The notes: generated from the letters alone by a model not told the origin. A stretch of DNA of 64,000 bases from Antedon mediterranea (GCF_964355755.1 NC_092676.1:11385888-11449887); one strand, 5' to 3'; counted from the first letter of the stretch, positions 41,216-53,518 are shown. Numbers and translations: made by a program.

Positions 41216-41982
41216 TTTCATTTGGATTTGTCAAACAAAATGATTTATTTATTATAATAAAGCGTATTCAGAAGCCCTTGATATTTTTGAAAAGATCTTA
41301 GGCCCAATTCATCCTGGATCTACAATCCTACAAGATGCACGTATTCACGGATCGTAGCCTACTTTTTCCCGCCGGTAAACACATTTGCGTTCAATGCTAA
41401 CGTCAAGGGGTTCTCCCGAATCATAAAGATTTCCCCTGGCTAGGGCCTGAACAACATCGCTATGAGTGTAATTTGGGATGGACCTGTTTATATTGTTCTT
41501 TCTATTCTATTATTCTAATGTTTATTGTAAAAGTTGCCACCGACGGTACATCAAACTTCGCAGTTTTTCAGTCAAGTTACACACTCCTTTGCAAACTACA
41601 GAAAAATAGCGTCGTAGAACCAGTTGGTAGGTTATTAAATCCACATCCTAAAAGGGGATTCCCAATTGTGTGTACGCTACGGTACTTGCCGCGCGTCAAC
41701 AGGGGGAAAAACTGTAGATGTAAAATGTAATCAGTGTTGTATTCTACAAAACTGAGAAATTTCAGTGTATAATTGATAAAAAGTTTCAGATCAGAAACAA
41801 TTTCACGACCCATCAATTTTTTTCTCGCGACCCAAACATAAGGTAACGACCCATAGGTTGCGGAACGGCTTGTTAGATCAACCTGTAGTGTGCGCCATCT
41901 ACAATCGTTCAACTCCTCATCCAAAATTGGAGGGCTGCTTTTTCGAATGGTTTAGGGGTTGGCCTAGACTCTCATTAAAATA

Positions 41983-42119
41983 AAACAAATAATGAATGTT
42001 TTATATTCTTCAATGGTACAAATAATTTCATTCGGTGAAAAATGAAAAAAAAATAAAATACCTTTCACTTTATGAAATTATTTGTACCATTTTACTAATA
42101 AACATTACTTATTTGTATA
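41983..42119. repeat. Palindromic MITE-like element
   Basis: AATGGTACAAATAATTTCAT (42012-42031) is the exact reverse complement of 42072-42091; outer arms acaaataa/ttatttgt also pair. Confidence 0.7.
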
Positions 42120-42319
42120 CTATTCTTTAATACTGGAAACAAATCATCAAAACCATTTTTGCATCCCTCCACTAGAATTAAATTTTTTATTTGATTTACT
42201 GTACAATATAACATGCATATGATTTATATGCTTAGTGGTTTAGTTTTTGTTGATATGAAACACTTACAGCATGCGCCAATAATACAACAAAACTATTTTA
42301 TATAGACAGATATACATTA

Positions 42320-42511
42320 TCATTTACATATTCTTAATAACTCACCATAAAATGATTTTTGATTGTGCTTGCCACCATACCATCTTATAAGAAGGTAGAA
42401 TATAACCGGTAGAACACAGAAAAAAACTGATATTCCCATAACAACCTCTGTATTCTTATCATGGATATTGCAATGGTAGTCAGAACTCATTATTCTCTGT
42501 GTAGTGTTCAT
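42320..42511 (-). CDS. OSTM1: OSTM1 homolog, last or penultimate coding exon (transmembrane helix)
   Basis: tttcag acceptor, then MNTTQRIMSSDYHC...VVMGISVFFCVLPVIFYL, resembling the OSTM1 C-terminus (MNITR..S..FNC...LPVVFY). A gtgagt donor after 42346 could lead to a further exon. Confidence 0.85.
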   Translation of the reverse strand: MNTTQRIMSSDYHCNIHDKNTEVVMGISVFFCVLPVIFYLLIRWYGGKHNQKSFYGELLRICK

Positions 42512-42540
42512 CTGAAAAATTAAACAAACAAATAAGATAG

Positions 42541-42887
42541 GTATTTGTATTTTTTTTTGTATTTTGTATTAATATTTGTCCTCAGTGAGGAAATTCGGAT
42601 TAGGCCCTCCACGGACCCACGGCAGCCAGCAGTGCAGCGCCTACCAGATTAGGCAATGAGAGTTAAAGCATCTTGCCTAAGGATGCAATTAGTATGGTAC
42701 AGATAACCTCGAACCCATGCCTATCACATGCTAGTCCGATATTACTATTACACCATCACTCTCCAGTATATACAGCACCCGCCACGATTTCTAGACGGTC
42801 TCCCATCCAGAACGCAACCGGGCCCAACGTTGCTTAACTTCGGTGATCTGACGAGAACCGGTGTTTCAACGCAGTATGGCCGTAGTG
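42541..42887 (-). mobile_element. Chimeric SINE: 5S rRNA head + tRNA-like segment + CORE-like domain + LINE-like 3' tail, in an OSTM1 intron
   Basis: Minus strand: 5S-like 42887-42771; then A-box TGGTGTAATAG and B-box GGTTCGAG; then CCTTAGGCAAGATGCTTTAACTCTCATTGCCT (CORE-like); then GAATTTCCTCACTGAGGACAAATA and an AATAC/A-rich tail. Confidence 0.7.
42771..42887 (-). pseudogene. 5S rRNA-derived sequence (SINE head, not a functional 5S gene)
   Basis: CTACGGCCATACTGCGTTGAAACACCGGTTCTCGTCAGATCACCGAAGTTAAGCAACGTTGGGCCCGG...GGATGGGAGACCG...GGGTGCTGTA matches metazoan 5S; 3' part diverged and no oligo-T terminator. Confidence 0.85.
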
Positions 42888-43000
42888 GAACAATTAAATT
42901 TTGAACAATAACTGAATCTTGTATGCATCTACTGTATAAGTTTTTTTTTCCACTGAAGATAAAAATATATCTACTGTAATAAAATATACAAGTTGCCTAC

Positions 43001-43150
43001 CTTTTCCATTACATCAACACACATTTCAGTTTCACCAATTACCGATCGGATATTTTTGTACACTTTAAACATTTGCTTGTAAGAGTGTTTGCATTCAATG
43101 CATAGTGCTGATATTGATCTGTTACTAGGACTTGATGGAGCGAGGTCAGC
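43001..43150 (-). CDS. OSTM1: OSTM1 homolog, coding exon 4
   Basis: ag/gt bounded, 150 nt, phase 0/0: ADLAPSSPSNRSISALCIECKHSYKQMFKVYKNIRSVIGETEMCVDVMEK (CxxC..Y and CxDV motifs). Confidence 0.88.
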
Positions 43151-43524
43151 CTATCAACAAAATACAGTAAAACTATAAAACAAAATCATACATTATTTCT
43201 GCTCGAACCAATAATACCATAAAGAAGAAAAATATAAAAACTGGTTATTATTTAGATATTTTCTACCAAAAAGTCTCAAAGTGGTATACCCAGATGTTAC
43301 TAAATTTATATTATTAATAGAGCTTGCTCAAGTGTAGATGATGGTTTTCAAAAATTTGAATAATGTCTTGAGAAAACTTGAGCCTTGAGGTTGTAAAAGG
43401 ACATTACACTCCCCGGAAAATTTCAGCCCAGGGGATGTATACGTTTTACATGTTGCATGCCTTTCTCAGAATTAATATTAACTGCAATTTCAAACTATAA
43501 AATTCATAATTATAAAATACTTAC

Positions 43525-43634
43525 TATTGAAAAATTTTGAAAACAATCCATTGTTTGATTGAAGAGTTTGAAGAATTGAGCTGTCTGCTTATTCAACGTA
43601 TATGTGTCATTACAATTGGAAAATTCAAAACAAT
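43525..43634 (-). CDS. OSTM1: OSTM1 homolog, coding exon 3
   Basis: tttgtag acceptor, gtaagt donor, 110 nt, phase-compatible: (N)CFEFSNCNDTYTLNKQTAQFFKLFNQTMDCFQNFSI. Confidence 0.85.
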
Positions 43635-44839
43635 CTACAAAATAATAATTCAGTATGAATTTTTTCAACTAAAATTTACTACACATTACTTTTTTAACAT
43701 TATGCTGACATATGCTACTTAATTTTTAAATGTCATATTTACTGTTATTGTTGCCGGAAGACACATTTCAAATTATTCTATTTTGACAATAAACTTATCT
43801 TGAATGAATCTTGAACTAATGAAATGAGGTCAGTTACTCTAGTAAAGCTATAGAAACAGGCAAACTTGAAAATCAATGACTAAACGGACAAAAATAAAAG
43901 GGTCAAAATAGCAACAGATGTTGAATCACAAAAAAAAAGATAGTAACAAGTTCTACACCTCTGGTGCAGAAACTGTAAATGATCGGCCACTGCATGACTT
44001 TATCTGTCTGATGTTGATCACAGTGGATGAGTTACAGCACAAAGTTGAATTTATGTAGTTCAGAAATGTGTATATCATTTTATGAATACAGTAGATATGA
44101 AAACAAATACAGTAAAAGAACATTAAAGTTGAAACATTGTTGGCAATGGCAGACTGCAAATTGATTTGATGTTGAAATTTAGGTGTACAAGAGATAAGAC
44201 AAGCAGCAATGTTCGCAGCAGGCTACTCTTCGCCATTCGGCGAGAAAATTAGTGTTATGATTTTCCATTATTTTACCCATTTAAAAAAAACTAAATGACA
44301 ATATATATCTATCTATAAAGTGTATACTTATCTAGAATGATCAGTTAAAGATTTATTGTCCCCCCCCCCCCCGACCCACCCCAAAAAAAAAATATTAATA
44401 AAATCAGACTTTGAATAGATTTTGTAGTTTTAATCAAGTTATCACTTTCAAATAAAAAAACAGAAAACATTAATGTTTTCACTTACAAAATGACAAAATA
44501 ATGGTTAAATTCAACGAAAAACCCATTACCAATTTGACTATTTTTTGCTTTTAAATTCCAGTTTTTTAGGTAAACAAATTTTTTTTGGATCCAATTTTTG
44601 GACAAAGTGGATAACTATTAGGTGACATTCAAATGGTATATTCAACAACAAACAAGTTAAGAATTATTTCTTTAGGGGGACAATATATCTTTAACAATTT
44701 TACTGAAAATATGACAGTTATTGCCTCGTACAATGACTAACTGATGACGAAATATAATTGGTTATTTTCCACACAAATTCGACAATATACAAAAGAAGAG
44801 AGATAATTGCAGTAAAACAGTGTAAAATACTGTACTTAC

Positions 44840-44945
44840 TATTGCAATTACCAGTATTCCATAGGTCTTTTAGGAATTGATTAGTTGTACTTATTACTTG
44901 TAAATAATCAGATCTCAGTAAATGACTACTGCATTTGGTTTCATT
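44840..44945 (-). CDS. OSTM1: OSTM1 homolog, coding exon 2
   Basis: poly-T+ag acceptor, gtaagt donor, 106 nt: NETKCSSHLLRSDYLQVISTTNQFLKDLWNTGNCN (C..LL..D..Q.....W...NC motif). Confidence 0.88.
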
Positions 44946-45390
44946 CTAAAAAAAAACAAATTTCAGGTAAAGTAAATCTTTAACCCAATGATGGCTAAAA
45001 CATACCATGGAGAAATAAGTTAACTTATTTCTCCATGAACATACCAAGCACCCATTTTGGTCAATTCTATAATTTGTAAATACTGCATCTGGCAAAAGAT
45101 GAGTCGTGCTCAGAAACAAAAAACTTGTCTTTGTTAAAAACATAAAGTCTCTATTGGTTAATTTAAATATTTTCATGTAATGCTTTTGGTGACACTTTTA
45201 CTGTAACTGTAGTGAAATAATATGTGCAATGCTCATTAGTTTCATGAGAATGATCAAATAGATTGAAATTTTGTATTCTCAAAATGTGTCTCTATCTATC
45301 TCTTTATTGGAGTTGTTTTATTATATGTTCATTAATTTAAGTGCCCCAATGACAATGTAAATTAAATTTATTGATTAATATAAAACTTAC

Positions 45391-45639
45391 ATTAATTTTG
45401 TTGTAAGCTTTTAAAACTTGCATATATTTGGAAACACATCTTTCACAAAAGTTTAATGGTTTAGCATGCTTGACTGCACATTCCATAAATTGTGATGAAG
45501 TAACTGCATAGTTTTCAAGTTTTTCTTTACAAGCATCACCTGAAACTATTTTTTCTATATCCTCAATCTGGTCATTGCTGAACATTGAATATGTTAATAC
45601 ATTTACAAGTGAGCTGGAACCTATGATATAAAAATACAT
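45391..45639 (-). CDS. OSTM1: OSTM1 homolog, first recognisable coding exon
   Basis: MYFYIIGSSSLVNVLTYS...CKEKLENYAVTSSQFMECAVKHAKPLNFCERCVSKY..AYNKIN then gtaagt (C...A.P...C..C motif). Start uncertain: ATG at 45639 or an acceptor at 45620. Confidence 0.8.
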
Positions 45640-46266
45640 GCATTCAAAATGTGTCTGATTCTGAAACCTGTTTGCATTACTTGGCAAAACTGAAACTGTA
45701 AACTGTGATATTATATTGTGATTGGTTGAAACATCACATATGACTACTGCTGCGATGATCGTAAATCGTATATTTCCTTGAGTACGATTATCGTGTCCCT
45801 GTCATAAACATATAAAATCGCGTAAATTCTTATTAAGTACGATGATATTGACTGTGTAATTTTAGTGTGGCGATAAATAAACAAAAGTCACCTACTGAGA
45901 CTCATGAAGATTAGTCCACATCATCACAAGACAATGTTTTACCCGCTGCGCCACGTAACTTGCTTGAAGAAAATAATCAACTAAATTATTTAAACTATAT
46001 GCATACATAGCGAACTCATTTGTTATTCACCCTCTATAGATGTGACGAAAGACCGTTTGTGATTGGTCAATACTCACGGTAGTAACCTGGTACGCGCGGC
46101 GTGCTGAACATCCAGTGATTCGGCTCGAAGACGACGAATTATTATTTATTCGGCCTAGGCCTACCTGATAATAATATTATTATTAATGTAGGCTTCTGAT
46201 TGTGATACACTTGACCGCGCAAGGTGTCAAAGCCTCGACGGGGAACCCCGGAATATAACGGCGTTA

Positions 46267-46460
46267 CGTTCTCACAGAATGCCCGTCTGGCATTGCGGGG
46301 AATATCCCTAGAATATTACTAGGTCTAAAGCAGGTCATGTCGATGCCGGCATGATGCCAAGATGAGTTGACCCGTTCTCACAGAAAACCATACCGGTATG
46401 GTAGGTAATGGTATATTCCCGCAATATTCCTGGCACAGAGCTCTGTGAGAAAGGGGCTTA
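46267..46460. mobile_element. Probable PIF/Harbinger-like MITE remnant
   Basis: TTCTCACAGA at ~46269 and ~46375 inverted against TCTGTGAGAAAGGGGC-TTA at the right end. Confidence 0.4.
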
Positions 46461-47052
46461 AGTGAATATTTTATTGCCAAGGAATCATTAATTAGTAATT
46501 ATCTGTATATTATTCTTCGCAAGGTAAGGTGCCTAACTGTAGGCAGGCTTATTACATAAAGGAGGCCTAGCTACCCGACCCAGTAGATATTCTATTTGTT
46601 GTTGGCTATAAAAATATAACAAAACAAATACTGTAAGGTCCTACCGTGATAACTTTTCGTCTTTAATTTGTAAAAATGTAAAGTCGATTTTAATAATTTA
46701 AGCGGCACGCTAAATCCCAACACGTATTGCGCAGAGATTGATATTTTAATGTTTCCTACTGTACCTCAAACGATCGTGGAGGCCAAAACAAATGAAAGAA
46801 TCGTAACTTTTCAGTGAACAAATTTTCCCCAATTTGTATTGCAATCTGAGAAACAATGAAACGCAATATCTATACAAAAATGTAAGAACAAAATAAGTGA
46901 GTTTTTTAAAGCTTCATTTCAATATACGCCTATGATTCTAATGAATGTTTTATATTAATTTGTTTAACATAATATGCCTTTTATTTTAATTGTTAGTTCG
47001 CAACAAAAACAATTGTAATACTATAATCAACTTTTAAAAAAAAAACATGCGT

Positions 47053-47202
47053 CTTTCCGACTCGCATTTTCCAACCCGAAACTTGCATTTTCTGACTCGC
47101 AACTCGCATTTCTCGTCGCGGTTCCCAACTGGCAGTTTCCGACTTGCAACTCACAGATTCTAACTCGCAACTCCCGACTCGCAACTTGCATTGAAGTAAC
47201 AC
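47053..47202. repeat. Degenerate 7-mer (ACTCGCA/ACTTGCA) tandem repeat
   Basis: Repeated actcgca variants. Confidence 0.65.
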
Positions 47203-47349
47203 TACTAATACTATAGTTCATAGCAACACATAAATACTGTTGTAGGTAACCGCGGCATTCCATTTTTTACCCAATCGTCAGTGGTTCCAATCGCCCGTCA
47301 ACCAGACAGGGGGCTACTACTAGGCCTAGGGCCTAGCCTATCTATGGCC

Positions 47350-47480
47350 GGATGCTAGTCAAGTCGCCCCTCACAAAGTAGCCCCAAAACAAAGTCGCCC
47401 CGACACAGTCGACCCATCATAAAGTCGCCCCATCGCAAAGTCACTCCAACATAATTTTGCCCTATCTCAAAGTCGCTCCT
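47350..47480. repeat. ~16-17 bp AAAGTCGCCCC-core minisatellite, probably a DNA-transposon subterminal repeat
   Basis: Multiple aagtcgcccc variants in tandem. Confidence 0.6.
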
Positions 47481-48389
47481 AAACGTTAAAATAGTTTGTA
47501 AAATTACGCACTTGATATTCTTGAGCAATTTGAACACAAAATAACACAGAACGTGTAGGAATAAAAAGAGGAAGCCAAGCCGTGTAGTACGTAGTTTCAG
47601 GTCACAGTACATCGATGTTATAATCTAAACTACACAGTTGATTTAACCAATGTAGTGTAAGCCAGGCTTTGAATTGAATGAATTAAATTGCTTGATTTTT
47701 GTTCATCTTTGTGTTGATACCTATGCCTAATATTATATTTTAATATTGATCAAAGTCTTAAAGTTTTACATTTTTTATACTAGGCACATAAACTGGTAGG
47801 CTCTAGGCAATCTATCATTTTGAGTGAAACAAATTGCAAACAGAGATTTTTCTTTTTTAAATGGTCACATATGATGAGGAGATAAAAATTTGAGCATCAC
47901 ACCTCTGGCACTCATCCCAATGATATGCAAATTCGTAGCTTAAATATGCAAATTAGGGTGAAATTAGAGGGTTACCATATCTCAAAAACTACTAGTCCGA
48001 GAGAGTTGATTTTGTCACTGATTTATTCAAAATGTATAATATTTATATTTACTCTAATGAAACATTTTACGAAAAAATGACCAGAAGTACAACATTTGAC
48101 CTTCGACCCCATTTCTCAATGTTTGCATACACAATGTGACTAAAATGTCTGTAGAAACTTTATTTTGCCCTCAAATAATCCAGACATAGGTTCCTAATAG
48201 CCAGCATAGAACCACTTTGTAATTCCCAAAATCACACCTTTGTCACACACCTCGAAAGTATGCAAATTAGTAGTACAATTTAAATAAAATATGCAAATAA
48301 GGGAGAAAAATTACAGTTGTCCTCTATCTCTGTTTCCAATTTGTTGCAATTTGTTTCACTTTGGGCTGTTTCATGTTTCATCATGTAGT

Positions 48390-48840
48390 TTAAAACTATG
48401 ACTGTTTAAAAAAAGGCATAATTTGGACGAATTTTTACACCTTTTCATCAAAAACGTGCGCAAATTGTCCAATTCAACGTACTCGTATGACGTAATTTTA
48501 AGTCAAAATTGTTTAAAAGTTGGTAAAGTTACTAGAAAAGGCTGGAAAAATATAAATCACACGGAAAAAAATTGTTAATTGTTAACGCTGCGTGCGTGCG
48601 CACTGCGCTCGTAAAAAATTTTGCACGCGTGGGAATATTCAAAATGACATGAAACGCATAGAAAGTTGATAGAAATTGATTTTTCGCATTCCTAAATTTG
48701 AAACGTGCGTGCGCGGGTACCTTTCTGTGAAACATGCCATTTTTAATCCACAGAAAGTTGACTCTTGATATGAATTCAATTTTCACCAAGTCTCAATACA
48801 GGTTCTGTTTACACGTTTTAGAGAAACGCGACTCACAAAT
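48390..48840 (-). mobile_element. Internal fragment of the same HINE family
   Basis: Reverse complement of array body (e.g. aaacatgccatttttaatccacagaaagttgactcttgatatgaatt matches ~8135-8180); no termini. Confidence 0.8.
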
Positions 48841-49047
48841 TTTGTACACTTTTTGTTCGACTACAGGTGAAAGAAAAATTGAGTTATGAATAGGGGGATG
48901 TAAGTGACGAAAAGTTTTCTTAGAGTCATTGTTTTTTTTTTTTGATGTAGTAAAAGTTTTACTAAAGTAATCAGATTTAGCAGTTTTTAACAGGTTATTT
49001 AATTTATTTCAATAGCACTTATATTTAGATATATTGGAAATTGTTGG

Positions 49048-49891
49048 ATCAATCAATCAATCAATTTTATTCGAGCACATAATTAACAATACAATAATGG
49101 ACTGTTGTAATATAAACTTAAAAGTAAAAAACAAAGCTCAGGATGACCCAATAAAACCTTGCGGTTTATTTCCGTTGGGGTCCTATAACAAAAAATTACC
49201 GGTACACTCCATAACATTTAAAATACATTAAGACATGATGTATTAAAATAAACTACCTTAAATAAATACATGAATACTTTTAAAATTTAGTTAATAAATA
49301 TACTATTACTATAAAACTAGAAATAGGCCTATAATAAAATCATTTTAAAATTAACATAAACATTAGAACATAAGATATTTTAAAAACTACTTCTACTACT
49401 ACTACTAGATGGCGTAGACTTTTTGAATAAAATTTCTGTTCTTACGAAATCGAGGTTAAAAGTCCATCGGTCATCCATGGTTTAAGTTTAACTTTAGCTT
49501 TGGATGGTTCAACTAAGGGAAAGTGTTTATTATAAATGGTGGTAAAGTTATTAATAAATGTGTCATATGCCATATTTGCATCCTGTGTACTCACAACATC
49601 ATTCCATAGACAATTTGATAAATCATTATGAAAATTAAGGATATTGTGTTCACTAGTATTTCTAAATTTGAGATTGGTATCAATTACTAGCATACTCAAT
49701 TTTTTTGAACTGATGTTAAAAAACAGGAAGATGATATGTAGCATCATTAATAATGATACCACTGACAGACTATCCAAGATCATGTGAAAATGTTATCAAT
49801 TAAAGTAGCGGAATGTTCGGTGATGCGTGTCGGTCTATGAATAAGCAAAATGAGAGAATTATTGAAAAGACAATGAACAAAATCATTGATA
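49048..49891 (-). mobile_element. CR1/L2-group LINE remnant: ORF2 endonuclease C-terminus and linker, plus 3' UTR with (ATTG)n tail
   Basis: Minus strand RPTRITEHSATLIDNIFT, HLPVF-like motif, W..V......N.AY..F......KHFP...KPWMT.GL; AATAAAA+(TTGA)n end near 49048-49070. RT domain absent. Confidence 0.8.
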
Positions 49892-52858
49892 TAGTCCAGT
49901 CCCTAAGGGGAGAAAAAGGGGTGGGATGTTACCAGACTGGATACAAATTTTTCAGTATAGCAGTTTGGTAGAGTATAGTGTGGAGGTGCCAAAACAAAGT
50001 TACTGGAAATCTGATTTGACCTCTGTGACCTCTGACCTCAATTTTTATATTTTTCTATTATATAACTAAAAATCGCCATATCTTGACAACGCATGGACAT
50101 TTTACATTTATTTTTTTTTCAAAATGCTTGGAAGATATATATTTATATTCGCTATAATGAAAAAAATTGTACAAAAATGGCCGCAAAGGCTTTATTTTTC
50201 AGTTTGACCTTTGACCTTGATTGCCTAATATCTCAATAACACGCAATCTCAGAGATTTGAGAATGGGCTCAAAATGTTAAGAAAATAAATCTAATATTTA
50301 GTCTAATAGAAACTTTTTTCAAAAAACTACCATAAATTAAGCTTTTTTTACCCTTGACCTCTAATGTTTGAATATGTCAATATCTCGGTAACTATTTGTC
50401 CTAAAACGTTCAGTTTGGTGTCAAATTGTTTAGAATATACACATTTATATTTGCTCTAACAAAATATTTTGTCAGAATTCAATTGGAAATGTCATTTTGA
50501 GCTATGACCCATCGTTTTGCATATATTTAGCAATTAATAATCTATAAAAAGAGATCGAGAGAGGGGAGGGGGTTGGGGTGGATGGAGAGACACATATTTT
50601 TGTTACATGTTACACAAATGTTAAACTCTGTCTACACTATAACATTTTTATGCGACAAAAAAATGTGATGTGCCCATATATATGGACACGATGAATGACA
50701 TATCACTACCATATTTGGGCACACCACACCTTTTTTGTTAAACTAAGTTATAGTGTAGACAAACGTGTAAAAAATATGTGTCTCTCTATCACCCCAACCA
50801 CCTCCCCCTCTCTCGCTTTTCCAATGCTACTGCATGCATCTATACACATCAAAATGGCCGGAATTGTACTGGAAAGTTTTTAGCTACATTTGAAAATAAG
50901 TTCCAGAGGATGGGTGTATTGTAATGTTATCAGAATTATGGCAATTGTTTGTAATGGGAAAGTTTTAAAACTACATTTGAAATATTTGCTAATAATATCA
51001 CATGCTATTAAAGATATACTTATTTTCCCCCTGACAAAAGTAATTTTGAAAAATATTTTTGTTGAATATGCAATTTTAATGTCACACATAATAGTTTCAC
51101 CAAAAATTGGATTGAAAAAAAAATGATATAGTGCATACCCAAAAAAAAACTGTAATTCAAAGCAAAAAATAGGCTGGAAGTCAATGTGATTTTGGTTAAA
51201 TTAACTGTTTATTTTGTCTTTAAAGTGATATTTACTCTATTTTTTAGATTAGCTCTTTGATTAAACACCTCTTCCAATGCAGTGAAGATCTTAAGTGTTG
51301 CCTTGTCTTACTAATCTTTCTTAACTTCTCTTTGAACGATCGTAATCAATATTTGTTGAGGTATAATATTTCCCTCTAATATGGTAATGCCTGTTTTATT
51401 GAGCCAAATGCTTTCTGATAATCTCTAAATCAAAGATTTGGTGATATTCATTTCCTTTTTATTTTAGTTGATTGACAAACTGTATAAGATGGTCCTACTG
51501 TATAAAGCCTTATTGGTTTATTTACTTCTAGTCGGTCTCTGATTTTGTTTTTTGATTACTTTTGTAAATTATTTGTGTACATGTGATAATGTTCGTTTGG
51601 TCGGTAATGGTTGATGTCAGTTTTGTCATGTTTTTGTGGATTAAAGTATAATTATCATTGCTTCTCTTAATTTCTTCTGGTTTCAAAGATTTTGTTGTAT
51701 AGTGTTATGAGCTGGATGTGTTATTGCCTCATCAAGCCAAGATGGTAATTTTGACTGCTCACTGGTTTGTTTTCCTTTTATATTCCACTACAGTATGTTC
51801 TTGAAAAGAAATCAGTTTTGTAATTAATTTGTCTTTGATCCTTTTCAGATTTCTAATATTTTAAAATATGTTTTTCTTTTCTTCGCTTTTTCCTCACTGT
51901 TTCAAACATTTTATTTTTTCAGCATACTTCAAGCAATTAATTGATAATTAGGTCATGTTTTATGAGTATCAAATCGCATTGGTTAATTCTTCTTTTCTTT
52001 CTTTAAGATCCTGATTTTCTTTCTTTTTTTAAATGTTATTTAACTTTTAAGTTTATCTAATTTTTTGTTGATATTAAGTGTTGCTCTTACGGTGTAGGCC
52101 TACCATGCGATGGAATTATATATTGAAATTAAATTAAACATTAAGTTTTAAGAAAATTGTAAAAGGCTAAATAGGATATTGAATGTAGTTCTGGTCCATA
52201 AATCTATATTTTAGGTATATTATTATAAGTATGACACACGCACGCTTAACTGTATATCCTGGTCATACCTCAAACTGGCATTTTCAGTAAAAATATGATA
52301 ACATCTTCTATTAGAGCTAATATAAATGTTTACATTTTGAACATTTTGACACCAAGTTGAACTTTTTATGACATTTGGTTACAGAGATACAGACATATTT
52401 AAACATTAAAGGTCAAAGGTCAGTAAATGACATTTCCTGTGGATTTGGAAAAACATGTTTAATTAGAGTATATATAAATATGTATGCTCTTAACAATTTG
52501 AAACAAATTTCAAGAAATTTTGATCAGTAGTTATTGAGATATAGTAAGTCGAGGTCAAAGGTCAAAACATTGAGAAATTACATTTCCGGTCGTTTTTTTT
52601 GGAAAAAGTTCTATTAGAGCGAATATAAATATGTACCCTCTGATCTATTTGACACCAATATCATTTCAATTGTCAAACCCGTTGCGGAGATATGGCTGTT
52701 TAAGATAGAAATATAAAAATTGAGGTCAGAGGTCACAGAGGTCAAATCAGATTTCCAGTAACTTTGTTTTGGTATCTCCATATCATGTTCTATCAACATG
52801 CCAAAGGGCACACTTGTATCCACTATGGTAACATCATTTCCCCTTAGGGACTGGACTA
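49892..52858. mobile_element. Non-autonomous TIR DNA transposon, Academ-like
   Basis: TIRs TAGTCCAGTCCCTAAGGGGA (49892) and TCCCCTTAGGGACTGGACTA (ends 52858); imperfect inverted homology continues inward (49990-50055 vs 52710-52772); 3-bp TSD ATA on both sides. TAG...CTA ends with 3-4 bp TSD are typical of Academ. Confidence 0.75.
50547..50820. mobile_element. Palindromic MITE containing a second small MITE (50626-50762)
   Basis: Outer arms gagagagggg..ggttggggtg..agagacacatatttt / aaaatatgtgtctct..caccccaacc..cccctctctc; inner TIR TGTCTACACTAT/ATAGTGTAGACA. Confidence 0.7.
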
Positions 52859-52897
52859 ATATAGATATATATATATATATAGACAATATAGTTTAAA

Positions 52898-53309
52898 ATC
52901 AAGATTTGTCAATGTCAGAAATGGAAAGTATGGGAGTTACGACTTTCGTTGCAAAAATACGACCATCAATCGACCAGACACTGCTTGTTTTCTGATGTTG
53001 CTTAACTTGGGCCAGCAGATTGCATCTTTTTAGGGTAAGATCCTCTTGAAAAGATATCCCAGAGCCTTTTAATTTCCTGCGTACTGTTAAAACGTTTCTT
53101 CGACTTCTATATGATGTAAACTTTACAATAATTGGCCTAGGTCGATGTACTTTAGTATTATTTTGTCCAGTTTGGTGAGAACAGTCAATATCGTGTAAGT
53201 TAATGTTTACACCCAGCTTGTTGCTTGCTAATTTGCATACTAATTCATCAGTGTTTTCTTTGTCAGATTCTGGTATTCCAAAAATTCTGATATTATTTCT
53301 GCGTGAATA
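52898..53309 (-). pseudogene. CR1/L2-group LINE ORF1 C-terminal half, frameshifted
   Basis: YSRRNNIRIFGIPE (frameshift) NTDELV...DIDCSH...RPRPIIVKFTSY...RRKLKGSGISFQEDLT...VWSIDGRIF, hallmark ORF1 motifs. Confidence 0.85.
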
Positions 53310-53518
53310 CCGTAAAACCTTTTAGTGCTCTTGGGTGGGCTTCTTTTCGAGATGGGCTTCTTTTCGAAAGTACTTTTGCAAACTGTAGAGGGGGCTTCTT
53401 TTCGAAATGAATGCTGTAAATTTTGTGAATTTCTACTACAATAATATGACTTTTGAGACATTTTTTCAACCATGAAATTATGTTTAATATACCAATTAAA
53501 AAACAATATAAAAAGCAA

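Noticed and set aside
41473-41924. Overlapping 85-aa and 115-aa ORFs
   Set aside because: No recognisable homology; the region looks like MITE remnants.
42771-42887. Functional 5S rRNA gene
   Set aside because: Diverged 3' part, no terminator, fused to a SINE body.
43953-44159. Minus-strand ORF as an OSTM1 exon
   Set aside because: No OSTM1 motifs; the flanking exons already join in phase.
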